From Felis catus (lineage: Eukaryota), in contig NC_058383.1 of NCBI RefSeq assembly GCF_018350175.1, positions 10,108,001 through 10,168,000 of the forward strand: a stretch of DNA of 60,000 nucleotides, given 5' to 3'. Below, one piece after another: positions 13,401 to 26,174 of the stretch; position 1 is the first letter of the stretch, and every line of letters begins with the position of its first letter. Under the pieces are notes generated by a model. The model was given only the letters and a program-made list of their open reading frames with translations, made no database searches and had not been told where the DNA came from. The position numbers and the translations under genes were made by a program.

Positions 13401-15421
13401 TGTTTTTTGTTGGTTTTTTTTTTTTTTTTTGGAGTCAAGTTTTCTACATATAGTATCATATCATCTGCAAACAGTGAAGTTTTGCTTCTTCCTTGCCCAT
13501 TTGGATGCTTTTTATTTCTTTTTCTTGTCTGATTGCTGTGGCTAGGACTTCCAGTACTATGTTGAATGAAAGTGGTGAGAGTGGACATCCCTGTCTTATT
13601 CCTGATCTTAGGGGGATAGCTCTCAGGTTTTCACCATTGAGTATGATGTCCTCTGTGGGTTTTTCATATGTGGCCTTTATTATGTTGAGGTGTTCCCTTT
13701 AATTTTTTTTTTAACGTTTATTTATTTTTGAGACAGAGAGAGACAGAGCATGAACGGGGGAGGGTGAGCGAGAGCAGACACAGAATCTGAAACAGGCTCC
13801 AGGCTCTGAGCTGTCAGCACAGAGCCCGACGCGGGGCTCGAACTCATGGACCGCAAGATCATGACCTGAGCTGAAGTCGGCCGCTCAACCGACTGAGCCA
13901 CCCAGGCGCCCCAAGGTATGTTCCCTTTAGACCTGCTTTGCTGAAGGCTTTTATCATAAACGGATGCTATACTTTGTCAAATGCTTTTTCTGCATATATT
14001 TAAGTTATCATATGGTGTCTATCCTTTCTCTTGTTGTGATGTATCACATTGGTTGATTTGCAAATATTGAACTACCCTTGCACTCTGGGAATAAATCCCA
14101 CTTAATCATGGTGAATGATTTTTTTTTTAATGTATTGTTCAATTTGGTTTGCTAATGTTTTGTTGAGGATTTTTGCATCTATGTCCATCAGAAATATTGG
14201 CCTACTGTTTTCTTTTCCTTTTTTGTAGTGTGTTTATCTGGTTTTGGTATGAGGGTAGTATAGGCATCCCAGAATAACTTTGGAAGCTTTCCTTTTCCAT
14301 TTTTTGGAATACTTTGAGAAGAATAGGTATTAACTCTTTAAATGTTTGGTAGAATTCATCTGGGAAGCCATCTGGTCTTGGACTTTTACTTGTTGGGAAT
14401 TTTTTGATTAGTGATTCAATTTCATTGCAGGTAATTGGTCTGTTCAAATTTTCTATTTCTTCCTCGTTCAATTTTGGTAGGCTATATGTTTCTAGAAATT
14501 TATCCATTTCTTCCAGGTGGTCCAATTTTCCGGCATATAATTTTTCATAATATTCTCTTATAATCCTTTGTATTTCTATGGTCTCAGTTGTTATTTCTCC
14601 TCTTTCATTTCTGATTTTGTTTATTTGAGTCCTCTCTCTTACTTCTCTTTTTGTATTCGTTTTTCTTTTTCTTTCTTTCTTTCTTTCTTTTTTTTTTTTT
14701 TTTTGATGAGTCTGGCTAAAGGTTTACAATTTTGTTGATCTTTTCAAAGAACCAGCTCCTAGTTTCATTGATCTGTTCTGGTGGGTTTTTTTTTTTTTTT
14801 TAATTTCTAATTACTTTATTTCTGCTATAATCTTTATTATAATTTCCTTCCTTCTACTGGTTTTGGGTTTTTTTTTTCTTCTTCTTTTCATAGCTCCTTT
14901 AAGTGTAATGTTAGGTTGGTATTCTTCTTGCTTCTTGAGGCAGACCTGTATTGCTATAAACTTCCCTCCTAGAATAGCTTTTGTTTCATCCCAAAGATTT
15001 TTGGACCATTATGTTTTCATTTTCATTTGTCTCCATGTATTTTTTAAAATTTCCTCTTTTTGTTTTTTGTTTGTTTGTTTGACCCATTCATTGTTTAGTA
15101 GCAGTTATTTAACCTCTATATATTTATGCTCTTTCCAGATTTTTTTCTTGCAGTTGATTTCTGGTTTCATAGCATTGTGGTCAGGAAAAATTCATGGAAT
15201 TACTTTGATCTTGAACTTGTTGAGACTTGTTTTGTGGCCTCATATGTTACCTATTCTGGAGAATGTTTCATGTGCATTTGAAAAGAATGTATATTTTGCT
15301 GTTTTAGGATGGAATGTTCTGAATATATCCATTAAATCCATCTGGTCCAATGTGTCATTCAAAGCCACTGTTTCTGTTTGGATGATTTGTCTATTGAGAT
15401 AAGTGGGTTGTGAAAGTCCCA
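10422..15421 (-). mobile_element. 5'-truncated LINE-1 (carnivore L1; ORF2 from the endonuclease domain to the 3'UTR), decayed and interrupted by six Can-SINEs
   Basis: ORF2 fragments: DTLDQMDLMDIFRTFHPKTAKYTFFS (EN), [27 protein letters not shown] (RT YADD-type); 15-bp TSD TAAGTGTATTGTCTT at 10407-10421 and 15422-15436. Confidence 0.95.
11387..13912 (-). mobile_element. Six Can-SINEs nested in the L1 (approx. 11387-11610, 11742-11958, 12019-12232, 12646-12865, 12945-13145, 13703-13912)
   Basis: Reverse-complement tRNA-derived head (actgagccacccaggcgcccc), (GA)n and poly-T tails, several short TSDs. Confidence 0.92.
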
Positions 15422-15790
15422 TAAGTGTATTGTCTTGTAGAATCAGAAGTCTCACATGGATCTCACTAGCCTAAGATTAAAGTACATTCCTTCCTACAGG
15501 CTCTGAAGGAGAATCTGTTTCCTTTCTTTTTCCAGCTTCTAGAAGCTGTCCACTTTCCTTGGTTCATGGCTCTTTCCTCCATCTTCAAAACCCAGCAGTA
15601 TCAGGTTGAGTCCTTCCCTTGCTACTGTCTCTCTGATTTTCTCTTCTGCCTTGCTCTTCCACTTTTAAAGATGTTGTATCCCTGTGTTACATTGAGCCCA
15701 CCCAGATAATCCAGGATAATCTCCCTATTTTAAAGCCAGTTGATTAGCAATCTGTAATTCCACCTGCTACTTTAATTCCCCTTTGGCATG

Positions 15791-16328
15791 TGTCCCTACA
15801 AAATTCTTATGCTAAAGTCCTCCACCTCCCCACTCTCCTGATGGTGTTGGGAGGTAGGGCCTTTGGGAGGTGATTAGGTCCTAAGAGTAGACCCCTCATG
15901 AATGATATTTGTGCCCCTATAAAAGAGAACTCAGGGGCACCTGGGTGGCTCAATCAGTTAAGTGTCCAACTCATGATTTCATGGTTCATGAGACTGAACC
16001 CCACATCAGGCTCCACGCTGACCATGCGGAGCCTGCATGGGATTCTCTCTGTCCCTCTCTTTCTGCCCCTCCCTCTCTCTCTCTCAAAATAAATAAATAA
16101 ACTTTTTAAAAAAAGGACCTCAGAGAGCTCCTTTGCTCACTTTCTGCCATGTGAGGACACAAGATGATGGTCATTTATAAAACAGCAGGCATGTTCTCAC
16201 CAGACATCAAATCTGCCAGCACCTTGATCATGCTTAGACATCCCATCCTCCAGAACTATAAGAAAAAATTTCTGTTGTTTAAGCCACCTAGCTTACGGTG
16301 CTTTGTTATAGCAGCCCAAACTAAGACA
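15791..16328 (+). mobile_element. MLT1A-like MaLR LTR nested in the older MLT1, itself carrying a Can-SINE (15934-16113)
   Basis: gggcctttgggaggtgattagg...gccatgtgaggacaca...tttgttatagcagcccaaactaagaca; 5-bp flanking GCATG at 15786-15790 and 16329-16333. Confidence 0.8.
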
Positions 16329-16984
16329 GCATGTAACCTAGCAAATTCACAGGTTCCAGGGATTAGGATGTGGGCATCTTTGAGGAGGCCATTATTCTAC
16401 CACAGCATAGAGATTCGTCCATATCAGAGGCAAATGTACTTTTTAAAAGGTGATCGTATGTATAGCCCAGTTTGGAAGTCAAATTGGGGCCCAGTTCAGA
16501 AAGAACATGCAAGGTTGAGTAGTGAGCTCTAACCTGTATGTGTATGTATATACTATATACACACACAATAGATATAGATATATAGGTATAGATTTTGTAT
16601 AAAATCTATTTGTTTGTTTATTTATTTTTATTTAAATATTCTCCTTACCTTAAACATAAGCAAACAAAAATACTCTTTGGGATTTTAACCTAGGCATGTA
16701 CAGCCAGGCCTGCCTTCTCCCCACAGCCACAGGAATGAAACATCTTGTGTACTTCACACACAGCCCGTAGAAGTCTCAGCAACTATGTATGGAAGGAATG
16801 AAAGAAGAAAAAAAGAGGGAAGGAGCTCTCCTTACCACCCTCCTGATCCTGGGTCTGCCCGGTTTTCCACCTGCCTCTCCGAGTGGGCCTGTTCTATTTT
16901 CTTCTCCAGCCTCTGTTGGGACTTCCACTCACCTGTAGAGATAGGACACACCCTCAGGCAGGGCAGTGGCGTAAGGAATAATGG

Positions 16985-17605
16985 AGGTATTTCTGGAGCC
17001 ACAAAGAAACCCCAAATATTATAACAAAAGTTGCCCCTATTGCTCTAATCACTTAGAAAATTACAAGGGCATGGGAGCTGTGAGCCACGAGCCATGGTCG
17101 AAGACCGAAATATGTATCTCTTATTACGAATCGTATCACAGGAGTAACTGAAGAGATATTCTGGTTGCTCTGTCTTTTAATAATAACGTAGCGTGAAAAT
17201 AAATAAAGGAAACATCATTAAAAATGGAGCCGGGGCGGGGGGTGCCCAGGTGGCTCAGTTCAGCTGGGCGTCCAACTTCGGCTCAAGTCATGATCTCACA
17301 GTTCGTGGGTTCGAGCCCCACATCAGGCTCTGTGCTGACAGCTCAGAGCCTGGAGCCTGCTTGAGATTCTGTGTCTCCCTCTCTCTTTCTGCCTCTCTCC
17401 CACTTGCTCTCTCTCTCTCAAAAATAAATAAAAACATTAAAAAAAAAAAAGGGAGGAAGTTTACTTTACATAGCCCAGCAGGAAGGCAGCTCTCTTTGCC
17501 CAGCCCAGCCGATGAACTCAGCCAATGAGAAGCTGTCACTACCCTAAACTCTTGTAAACAGCCCCTCTCAACTTTTTCTTTCCTCCGTAAATGTAAGGCC
17601 CTCTT
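16985..17605. mobile_element. ERV LTR fragment(s) (MER21/CarLTR-like), interrupted by the SINE
   Basis: accccaaatattataacaaaag...ttagaaaattacaagggcatgggagctgtgagcc...tcttattac...atcaca resembles MER21-family LTR ends; family assignment uncertain. Confidence 0.5.
17238..17450 (+). mobile_element. Can-SINE (SINEC_Fc)
   Basis: Typical head, body and A tail. Confidence 0.92.
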
Positions 17606-17609
17606 CATT

Positions 17610-18023
17610 CTGTACTAAGTGTACTAATCAGGACCGGCTAGCTGTTGTAACCAACAACCCCGCACATTCCATGCCTTTAACACAACACAAATTTATTTCT
17701 TTTTCATGGTCACAGTACAATGCTGGGGTCAGGGAGAATCTGCTCCACAGAGTCGTTCAGGGGCCCAGTTTCCCTCCATCTACTGACTCATCCATCTACA
17801 TCCTCGGCAGTCTCCACTGAATCCTCTGCTCCCGTGGAGCAGAAAAGGGAAGCGAGAACACGGAGAACCACAGGAGGGTTTCTAGAGACAGTCCCAGACT
17901 CAACAGATCACTCTGCACACATTCTAGGACTCATCACACGGCATCACCTAATTGCAAGAGAGGCTGGGAAGTGCCTAACCTTGTATCCAAGAGAAAGAGA
18001 AGAATGTGGCAATCTCTGCCATA
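17610..18023. mobile_element. Old MaLR LTR (MLT1J/K-like)
   Basis: gctgttgtaaccaacaacccc...aacacaacacaaatttatttct...cctaattgcaagagaggctgggaag motif chain. Confidence 0.65.
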
Positions 18024-20332
18024 GTGGGCAAACTTGGGGTGTAGCACATCAACAAGAAATTCACCTTTGCCCTGGGCTTCAGATCACAAAAGGCTTATGA
18101 GGTATGCAGGGCAGAGGCCACGTTGTTAGGGTGAACTACGCACTCAGGGACCAGAGACCAGTCATCGTCACCTGTCATCAACATCTCTTTCACTTTGGGT
18201 TTGTTGTGATGGTCGCTGTTTTCCCTGCCTCTGGGCTCCCAAAACCACTGAAACATGCCTGGACCATCAAATCCACTGGCTACATGGGGACAGTTTTGTG
18301 TACATGTCTATGTCCCTACCTAAAAATTGTTTTGCAACCTGTAAATGCCAAGGCAGAGGACTTGGCATTCATTTAAGATCTGCTAAATTAGCTGGATCTA
18401 AAAGACATAATAGAAGATGAGAAGGGGGACCTTTTAGTGGACAGAGGGAAAAGCAATCATGATGTCCAGCAAGCAGCAAGGAATGGGTTGCTGAATTCTG
18501 CAACATCACGGCGGCCTCTGGATGTTTTGTCACTGATGCGGAATGAGCCCCCCCAGCCTTGCTCCCATCAGCTGATTCCCCAGAATCAGTAGGAGGAGAT
18601 GATGGTTCTGGGTTCCAGGGATTCCAGAAAGTCTTAGAGCAGGGGAGCAAGCAGGTATGAGGGGTCTGGTGGATTGCAGCTGCCCGCACCCCACCCTTAC
18701 TGCATGGGGGTGAAGGCTTCTTGGTAGCTAGTAGCTTGTGCCTTGAGTTCAAATTGTCTGCACGTGATGGAGGTGAACTGAAGTCCTGGTAGATGCTTAG
18801 GGTGGCTATAGCCTCCAAACCCCAGGGTTTGACCTTCCGGTGCTAGAGCTTTAGTGATCTCCTCACTCAGGAGTCATTAGTCCCTGGAAGAATCACACTC
18901 CAGTGTGTGAACTCACAAGATGTCATCCCAGCAAGTAATGGAAGGCTTTCCATTGGCAACGCAGTTGCATGGTGGATGGGGTAAGCGGAGGCCATAGTGA
19001 GCTCATTAACTGTTGAGCAATAAGTCTATGTGTTCATCGTGTTGGCCAACAAATATGAAGTGCCAACTGTGTGCTCACTTGCATGGGTACACTAAGAATA
19101 GAAAGAGGTGCAAGCTATGGAGTCCCCGTCCTCAAGGAACTTGCCTCTGGATGGCAAGATCAGAGACAGTGTGGGGTAACATTAAGAACAAGCTTGAACC
19201 CTACACTCCGTCCTGGGGTTGAATTCTTACTTGCCATTTAACCTCAACAAACCTCAGTTTTTCCATCTGCAACATGGGGATAATTGCTACCTCACAAGAG
19301 CTTCTCTGAAATGAATGAGAAAATGTCATGAGAGTTTACTGTGAATACTTTCAATGTATCACATGATGGCCTTACTGGTTTTGTAAAAGAAATGCACACT
19401 CGTTGTAGAAAACAGACCACACGGAACCAAAACTTTATGCACCTTTTTCCAAGACCTTACTCTCTGAAACATGACTTTGCTGGAGCAGCTGTAATTATGA
19501 AAACACATCTATGCAGAAGGCACTACTCAAAGCTTCAAGTATCACAAAAAGTTCAGCAAAGCAGCTGGTTTCCTCGATGCTCCCGAGGCACTGGTTGCAG
19601 GCAGTGGGAAGGCCCCACTGCCCCCGGGAAAGTGGTCAGGATGAGGGTGGGGCTGGGGCCAAGGAGAGGGAGCGAGGAGTCCCTGGGATGTGACAGCCAG
19701 CCATCCCATGGATGGATGAGAACTCCGCCTTTACCTCTCCCTGTATTATGTGCTGTAAAAACCTACAAGACACGTCTGTTCCTGACCCTCCCAGGCTCTT
19801 GGGAGTTTAAAGGATGTGCCCCAAACCACAGGCTGGTTAAAGGCTTCGGGATCCGTGGGTCCTGCTGGAAAGGCCACTTCTGAAGGGAGGTGTCCAGAAT
19901 GAGCACCCAGGTGGGCACTCAGGGATCTTGAGGCGCTGGGGCAATTGGGGAAGGTTCCAGGGAGGTCGAAGATCTTTTATTCAACTGACTGGCTCTCCCT
20001 TGGGCTCAGAGCACAGATAAATAACAACACAATGTGGGGCAGGGATGAAGGAATGTTAAGGTTTGTGAAAACAATGAGGAGCCATTGAAGTTAGTCTGAG
20101 GTAATGAGAGGAAAGCAGTTTCCAAAGACAAACTCCTGAGCCAGCTAAGGTGATGGCCTGTGTGGTCAGCTGGAGGATTTCTGGTGCCAAGCGGCGAAAG
20201 GATAGCCGGAGAGGGCCCCCGGATGACCACTGGGCACAAGCAAGAGAACACTCACCTGTAGGGACAGGACACACCCTGGGCAAGGCGGTCCTGTATGAAG
20301 AACATTCCAAATGAAGGCAGGATAGCACAGTG

Positions 20333-20480
20333 CAGTGCTTCCCAAACTTTGGTATCCGAATCAGCTGGGAGCTAATAAAGAACGCAGAGGCCCAGGCCTG
20401 GTGAAGCAGGATAGGACCTGGGCCTTTGTTGTTATATCCCAGCCTCCGGTGATTCTGACACCTGCCGCAGCTTGAGAACC
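20333..20480. mobile_element. MER5-like hAT element (similar remnants at approx. 9620-9740 and 33795-34105)
   Basis: cagtgcttcccaaactt...gaatcagctgggagct...ggtgattctga...gcttgagaacc. Confidence 0.6.
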
Positions 20481-23400
20481 TTTCAGAACATGAGCTCTGG
20501 ACCCAGACTCCGTGGGTTTGAATCCCAGCTCGGCCATGTGTCTCCTCAGCGATTCTGGCAATGCTATAGATCACTGTTTGTGATCTGGAACTTCGAACAG
20601 TACCTATCTCAGAACTGCTGGGAGGGAGGAATGAGTTGTTAGCAGCACAGCCACTGGAACGGTGTCAGGACCATAAGATGTACTCTGGGAATGGTAGTCA
20701 CTATTCTCCAACCTGTGTCATCTGTGGCAGAAAGCTGCCATTAGAGAGGAAAATTAAAGGAATTGCAGGGTGAGAGAGGATATTCCGTACATTTAACTGA
20801 GATTTTTACAAAAACAGAAAACCCTACTCAGCTAGCATATGTGACCAGCCAGTGAGCAGCTTGAGACGTCTGAGTGAGAAGCTGAGCGCCCAGGTTACCA
20901 TGACAGCAGCCAACAACAGGAGGAGGAAAAGCTCTCTCAGTTTATTAGAGAAAGCTGGGGTGCTCAGCTCCCCACATGGCTTCCTTCCTGTTGGCTCGAT
21001 CCTGGGACGTGATGGAGGAATGATCGAGGTGGAAGAGGCTCCCACACGGGTACCTCGCCTGCAGCTGCTCTCTGGGATACTTGGAAGAACTTAAAGGGGA
21101 GACTGGAGAGCCAGTCATCAGGCCACAGGTACCTGTTAAGAAAATATACAGGGTTGCTTCCACATATCCAGAACTTCTAGAAGTACTGAGACATACTCGG
21201 CTGAACCCCCTGGGAACACACAATAAACCCATCTCCTTTCTGATGGGTTAAGGAGAGCTTAGGTGGGTGAACTTGAAACCGTAGGCAAAAAACCAAGCGT
21301 GGGTAACAGCGTTAGGTGTGGGCGAAGAGGATGCCTTCTGGGGAACCTGTCGTGGCCTCCTCCTGCTGTGCCCCTGCCCACGGGGCACAGGTTTGTGGGG
21401 CCAGGGAAACGTAGACACCCAGCGCTTGTGTCCTCACTTCACGCATCAGATGACAGTTGAGGTTAGACCTTAGACCTTGGAATCCCTGTCCAAAGTGACC
21501 CAAGCCTGCTTCTGATGCCTACAGGAGCCTCTCTCCAGGTCCATTTTCACAAAGGCAGTGCTGCCCCATTGTGCACACCCTAGGGCCCAAGTCCTGGGTG
21601 GCCAAGGGATGGTGGTGTGCAGCGACAGGGCACTTGGGAGGCGTGTGCTGGGGTTCCCTCGCAATGTGGCAAAGAACCAGGTGGGAAGAGGAGAGGCCTG
21701 GACCACTGGATGGCCAGCTGTGACCCCACACTGTGGCAGAGACTGGACTCTGAGAACTCCAAATTCAAACTTAGCCTTCCAGAATGTTACGTCAAGGTAG
21801 GAGGGTGGAACAGATTTGGGCTCAGCTTGATTTACAACTTTTAAACATTAAGACCTGGCATGTGGGTCTCCATTTGCATTCTTGCCTCTGACTTCATAAA
21901 TGTTGGGGGGGTGCGCCTGATGGCTAAAGACACGTACTTTAGTACCAGATAGGCCGAAACTGAAACATCTGAGTGTGCCATTTATCATGTGCCTCGGGCA
22001 ATTTACTTCAACACTCTAATAATACTGATGCTAAGGCTCGTTCGGTTCCAAGGAGTATCCCAATTCAAATGGACTTGTAAGTAAGGGATTTGTTGGTTCC
22101 TACAACTGACAAGTCCAGTAGTAGAAACCTCAGGTGTGTCTGGATCCGGCAATCTCACCAGCAACCTCAGCACATGGTCTCCACATCTTTGGCCCTGCTT
22201 TCCCGTGCTAGCTTCCTTCTTGGGCAGGACTATGCACATGGTCATAAGCTTACATCCTACTTACAAAGCAATCCCTGCAGAAAATGAAAGGTATCACTTT
22301 TCTAAAGATCTGGCAAAATCCAGGGATCTGATGATTGGTTATATGCCCACCATAGAGAGTCTGTGTCTATCCCCTACAAATCATGTGGATTAAGAGTCAG
22401 GGAAGTCGTTTTCACCAAATAAAAACTAAGATGCGGTTACCAGGAGAATAACTGTGGCAAAAATGAGTGGTTTGATGGGGGAATAAATGCTTGGCGCTCA
22501 ACGTGAGCCACTACTGATGTGATGGAGGAAAGGCAAATAGACTCAAACCTAGGCATGAATACAGAACGAAAGCAAGTGGAAACCGTGTTCGTTTTCCAAC
22601 TGCCCCGAATTCTGGAATGAGTTGGCAGCTTGAAGAAATGAAGCCTTGGAAGTGCACTCACAATCTCAGAAGACACACTACGGTCGTATGTATGAATCAC
22701 GCTTTCGGCTGCTGTGGCTGATTCTGCAAACACCAACCTGTGCCCGTCAGTGCGCCTCAGCCTCAAAACTTGGGTATGACACCAAGCCTTGTTCGCCAAG
22801 AAGACTGTTACTGGAATTGTGTAGAGAAGCACATGAATCCCCAAATTATTAAGTTTCTAGATACGCGGCCAATTTGGGGCAACGTTCAGTCTAACGCTGA
22901 GATGACCTACTATCACTGAGGACTCATCACGACAGTGTCTGCTTTCTACTCGCCTCCTGTCATCTCCAGCTACAGAACAATCTTAAATATTGAGGATCCT
23001 TCTTACCTTGATAGAAATTGACCAAGACTATTCATAGATCTCTAAATGTGCACTTTTGTGGTTTACACTTTTTTTCTATTTTTGATGATTGATAAAAATA
23101 GGCTATATACATTTTAAATATTTCCCCAGTTTTTTATTTTGAAAAATTGCAAACCCACAGAAGTTCAAATAGTACTAAAATATTAACGCCGCCTTCACAC
23201 ACACACACATTTTTGATCAAAAAAACCCACGGCGGCCTCTGCTCTATGTTAATATCCAGATACCTTCTCCATGCTTACGAGAGAAGCAGCCTCATGTTTA
23301 GTGAGAGGAGCAGTGTCCTCAGGAAGCCTCAGTGTTCTTTTTTGTAGGACTTCACTGATCGCATTAGAAACTCACAGCCCTGCAAGGCCCTTTGCACAGG

Positions 23401-24209
23401 ATTTATTCCCATTTTACAGATGAGGAAACAAACTCAGACAGGCCAAGTGATCTATCTGCTCAAGGTTTGTCAGTAAGTGACCCAGACGAACCTGGAACCA
23501 AAGACTTCTGACTTCAGTAACTCAACATATTCGGGTCACTTCTCTCCTGGATATACAGTGAGAGTAAAGCCGGAGCCAAACAGATATGCAAAGAAGTGTT
23601 TTAGCTACATTCTTCTGACCGTCTGAAAGCAAATATTCACTAGGACCCATGTGCACAGCATTATCAATGAGAAGTCTTATCAGGAGCAAAAAACTGCAAT
23701 GGAAATGGAGAGCAGAAGGGTGCACACAGAGGGTATAGAAATATCTGTTAACCGCCCCCAATTCGACTTCAGTATTTACCGAGCGCTTACTCTGTTCCTG
23801 GTATTGTGCTTGGGATACCGAGCAAACAAGATAGACAAAGATTCTGCCCTTGTGGAGCTCACATGCCCGTGGGCTAATGAACAATCCAGAAGCTGCCAAT
23901 GAGAGATTGGTGGGCTGCATCTGGCCCACATTAGTATTTTGTCTGGTCCACAGTTTCATTTTTGTCTTTTTATAATAAGTCGCCAACTTCCAGCTTCTCT
24001 GAAACAGGCAACTTCTGTGGGATTCCCGAATAAGAAGTAGCAGCCCCTCCGCCGCCAGGACACGTGTCTTCTGGAGATCACTTCAGTTCCCAGGATCTCC
24101 CACTGTCTTACACCCAGGCAACTGTGGCCCAACTCATGCATTTGCGTTTCCTACGCGACATCCTAAAGCATTTAAGCTGAAACCCCTGAAGCAAACAAAT
24201 ATTCAAAGG

Positions 24210-24880
24210 AGATCATTTCAGATCAGATAAAGTCATACAAAAGAAATAAAATGAGCTAACGTGACAGGAGTGACAGGATTGGTGGAAAGGGCTACTTCAG
24301 ACTGGGTGGCCAGGGAGGGTCTCTCCGAAGCGTAACTGAAACAGAGAACTGCATTACCAACAGGAAAAATGCTTCGAAGCAGAGGGAACAGCACGGGCAC
24401 AGGTTCCACTTGGGGCAGGAAATAACTTGGCCTGGTCAAGTGACAGCAGCAAGTTTGGGGTGGTTGGGAGAGGGGTAAGAGGTTCACAGAGGAAGGAAGA
24501 AGCCAGATTACACAGGACCTTAAAGGCCATGATGAGAATCTTGGATTTTATTCCAGGTGCGATAGGAAGCCTTTGGAAGGCTTTTGCTTGGGAACAATGT
24601 GATCTGGTTTCAAAGATCATTCTGGGATGCAGGGAAGTGATGTGAACGAGGCAAGAGAAGAAGCAGGGAGACCAACAAGAAAGCTGGATTATCGTAGTCC
24701 AGCAGGTGACAGTGGCTAGAACCAGGATGGTTAACAGAAAAGATGGAGAAAAGCAGATTCAGGATACAATCTGGAGTAGAACCAAAAGAATTTCCTGATG
24801 GAGTGGATGGCAATAGCGCCAGTGGGCCGGAAGGATTAACGAAAAGGGAGTAACGAGAGAGAACTCCAAGGTTGTGCCTT
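24210..24880. mobile_element. LINE-2 remnant (other L2 pieces at approx. 1740-1870, 2300-2690, 6100-6820, 23760-23870)
   Basis: gggtggccagggagggtctctccgaag...ggaacagcacgggcacagg...ttggattttattcc...ttcaaagatcattctgg motif chain. Confidence 0.7.
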
Positions 24881-26174
24881 GTTCAAAGGGATGTCTAGGG
24901 GAGGCCCCCATCGCAGGGACCGAGGGCAAGACGGGGATTGGATAAATTTTGCCAAGACGCAAGTCATCCTAGAGCCTCATTTCCCTTCTCCCACACCCCA
25001 GCATTCTCAAATCCAAAAAGCTGAACTTGTAAATGCCTCACCTCTTACCAACTCTATCCCTGCAACTTCAGACCCACCGCCTCCGTCTGGATCCAATTCT
25101 GTCTCTTGCCGGGACTTTCCCAACAGCCTTCTACAGCTATGAATTAACTAGCAAAAAGCACTTACTACCCACGCGTACCTCTCTCCCACTGGCCATCCTC
25201 GATGGCAGAGATGACACCCTATTCGTATTCATCCCCGGTGCTAGTGCTGTGCTGGGCCCACAGTGGGCACTCAAATATTTGATGAACTGAAAAGAGGTCT
25301 CCTCAGATAGAATACAACCTCCTTGCAGAGAGGAGTCCTATCTTGGAATTCTAGCATTCCTCTACACAACTTAAAGAACCAGCTGCCAAATGTATAATCA
25401 AGTTCCAGAAACTTCGCCTTCCCAAGGGACGGGTTTCTTTCTTTTTCATTTAGTTTCAAAGTATTGAGTCCCATATTTACCTGGTAGTTAAGAAACGAGA
25501 TTGGCCAACAGACAACGTATATTATTACTCTTTTCCACTTTTCTTCCAAATCTAGGGACTTTATATGTGCATACGTTAACGACATCTTTGTAAGGAGGCC
25601 AAGAGAGAGGATTATTCTCCATTTTACAAGAAAAAAAACTGAGGCACCAAATGAAACCCCTAAATTCCTTTTTGATGGAATTCGGAGCTTCGCCTGGATT
25701 AAGACTGGTCCTTCCCTGACACGATCCCACAGTTCTGTAATTGGAGGGTATCCCAGGCTCCCACCCCTGCAAAACTGCTGGTGAGTACTCAGGGATTCCC
25801 TGGGTTTTGCCTCCACAACTGCAAACTCCTTTGGGTACCAGGGTGTGTTGCCCCAAGGTCAAAGGCCATGTCCTCTCTCTCCAACTGTCCATTTCCCTCA
25901 GCACCTGGTGAAGATAGATTCCATCCCTTGGGCCCAGGAGAAAGAGAAGCACCTTGGTTATTAGACCAGGAAGTCAAGTAAGACCAGGAGTCACAAGTGG
26001 CAAGAAGAGAGAGATCAAAATAGGCAAGAAGAGTTTCAATGGGGAAAAGGAGAGAGGAGCCACCACTAAAAATCCAAATACTCCTTTCAAGAGGCTTCCA
26101 GCTGAGGAGTACCTGGGAGGAGGAAGTGGCAGCCGTGGCGCAGGCCAGATCCTTCCTGCCACACCCGCCCAGAG

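Larger units (their letters stand above)
10347..16405 (-). mobile_element. MaLR LTR (MLT1C/D-like) split by the L1 and by a second MLT1 LTR
   Basis: MLT1-like text resumes seamlessly across the L1 TSD (...ggcttaaatagcg[TSD]gtagaatcagaagtc...) and after 16333 (...attcacaggttccagggattaggatgtgg). Confidence 0.75.

Noticed and set aside
13145..15455. L1 ORF2 fragments as a potentially active retrotransposon
   Set aside because: 5'-truncated (no promoter or ORF1), frameshifted and interrupted by SINEs
23400..25570. TBL2 polyadenylation site
   Set aside because: Only variant hexamers near 25520-25565 and AATAAA copies inside old repeats (24547, 23402); cannot be assigned from sequence alone
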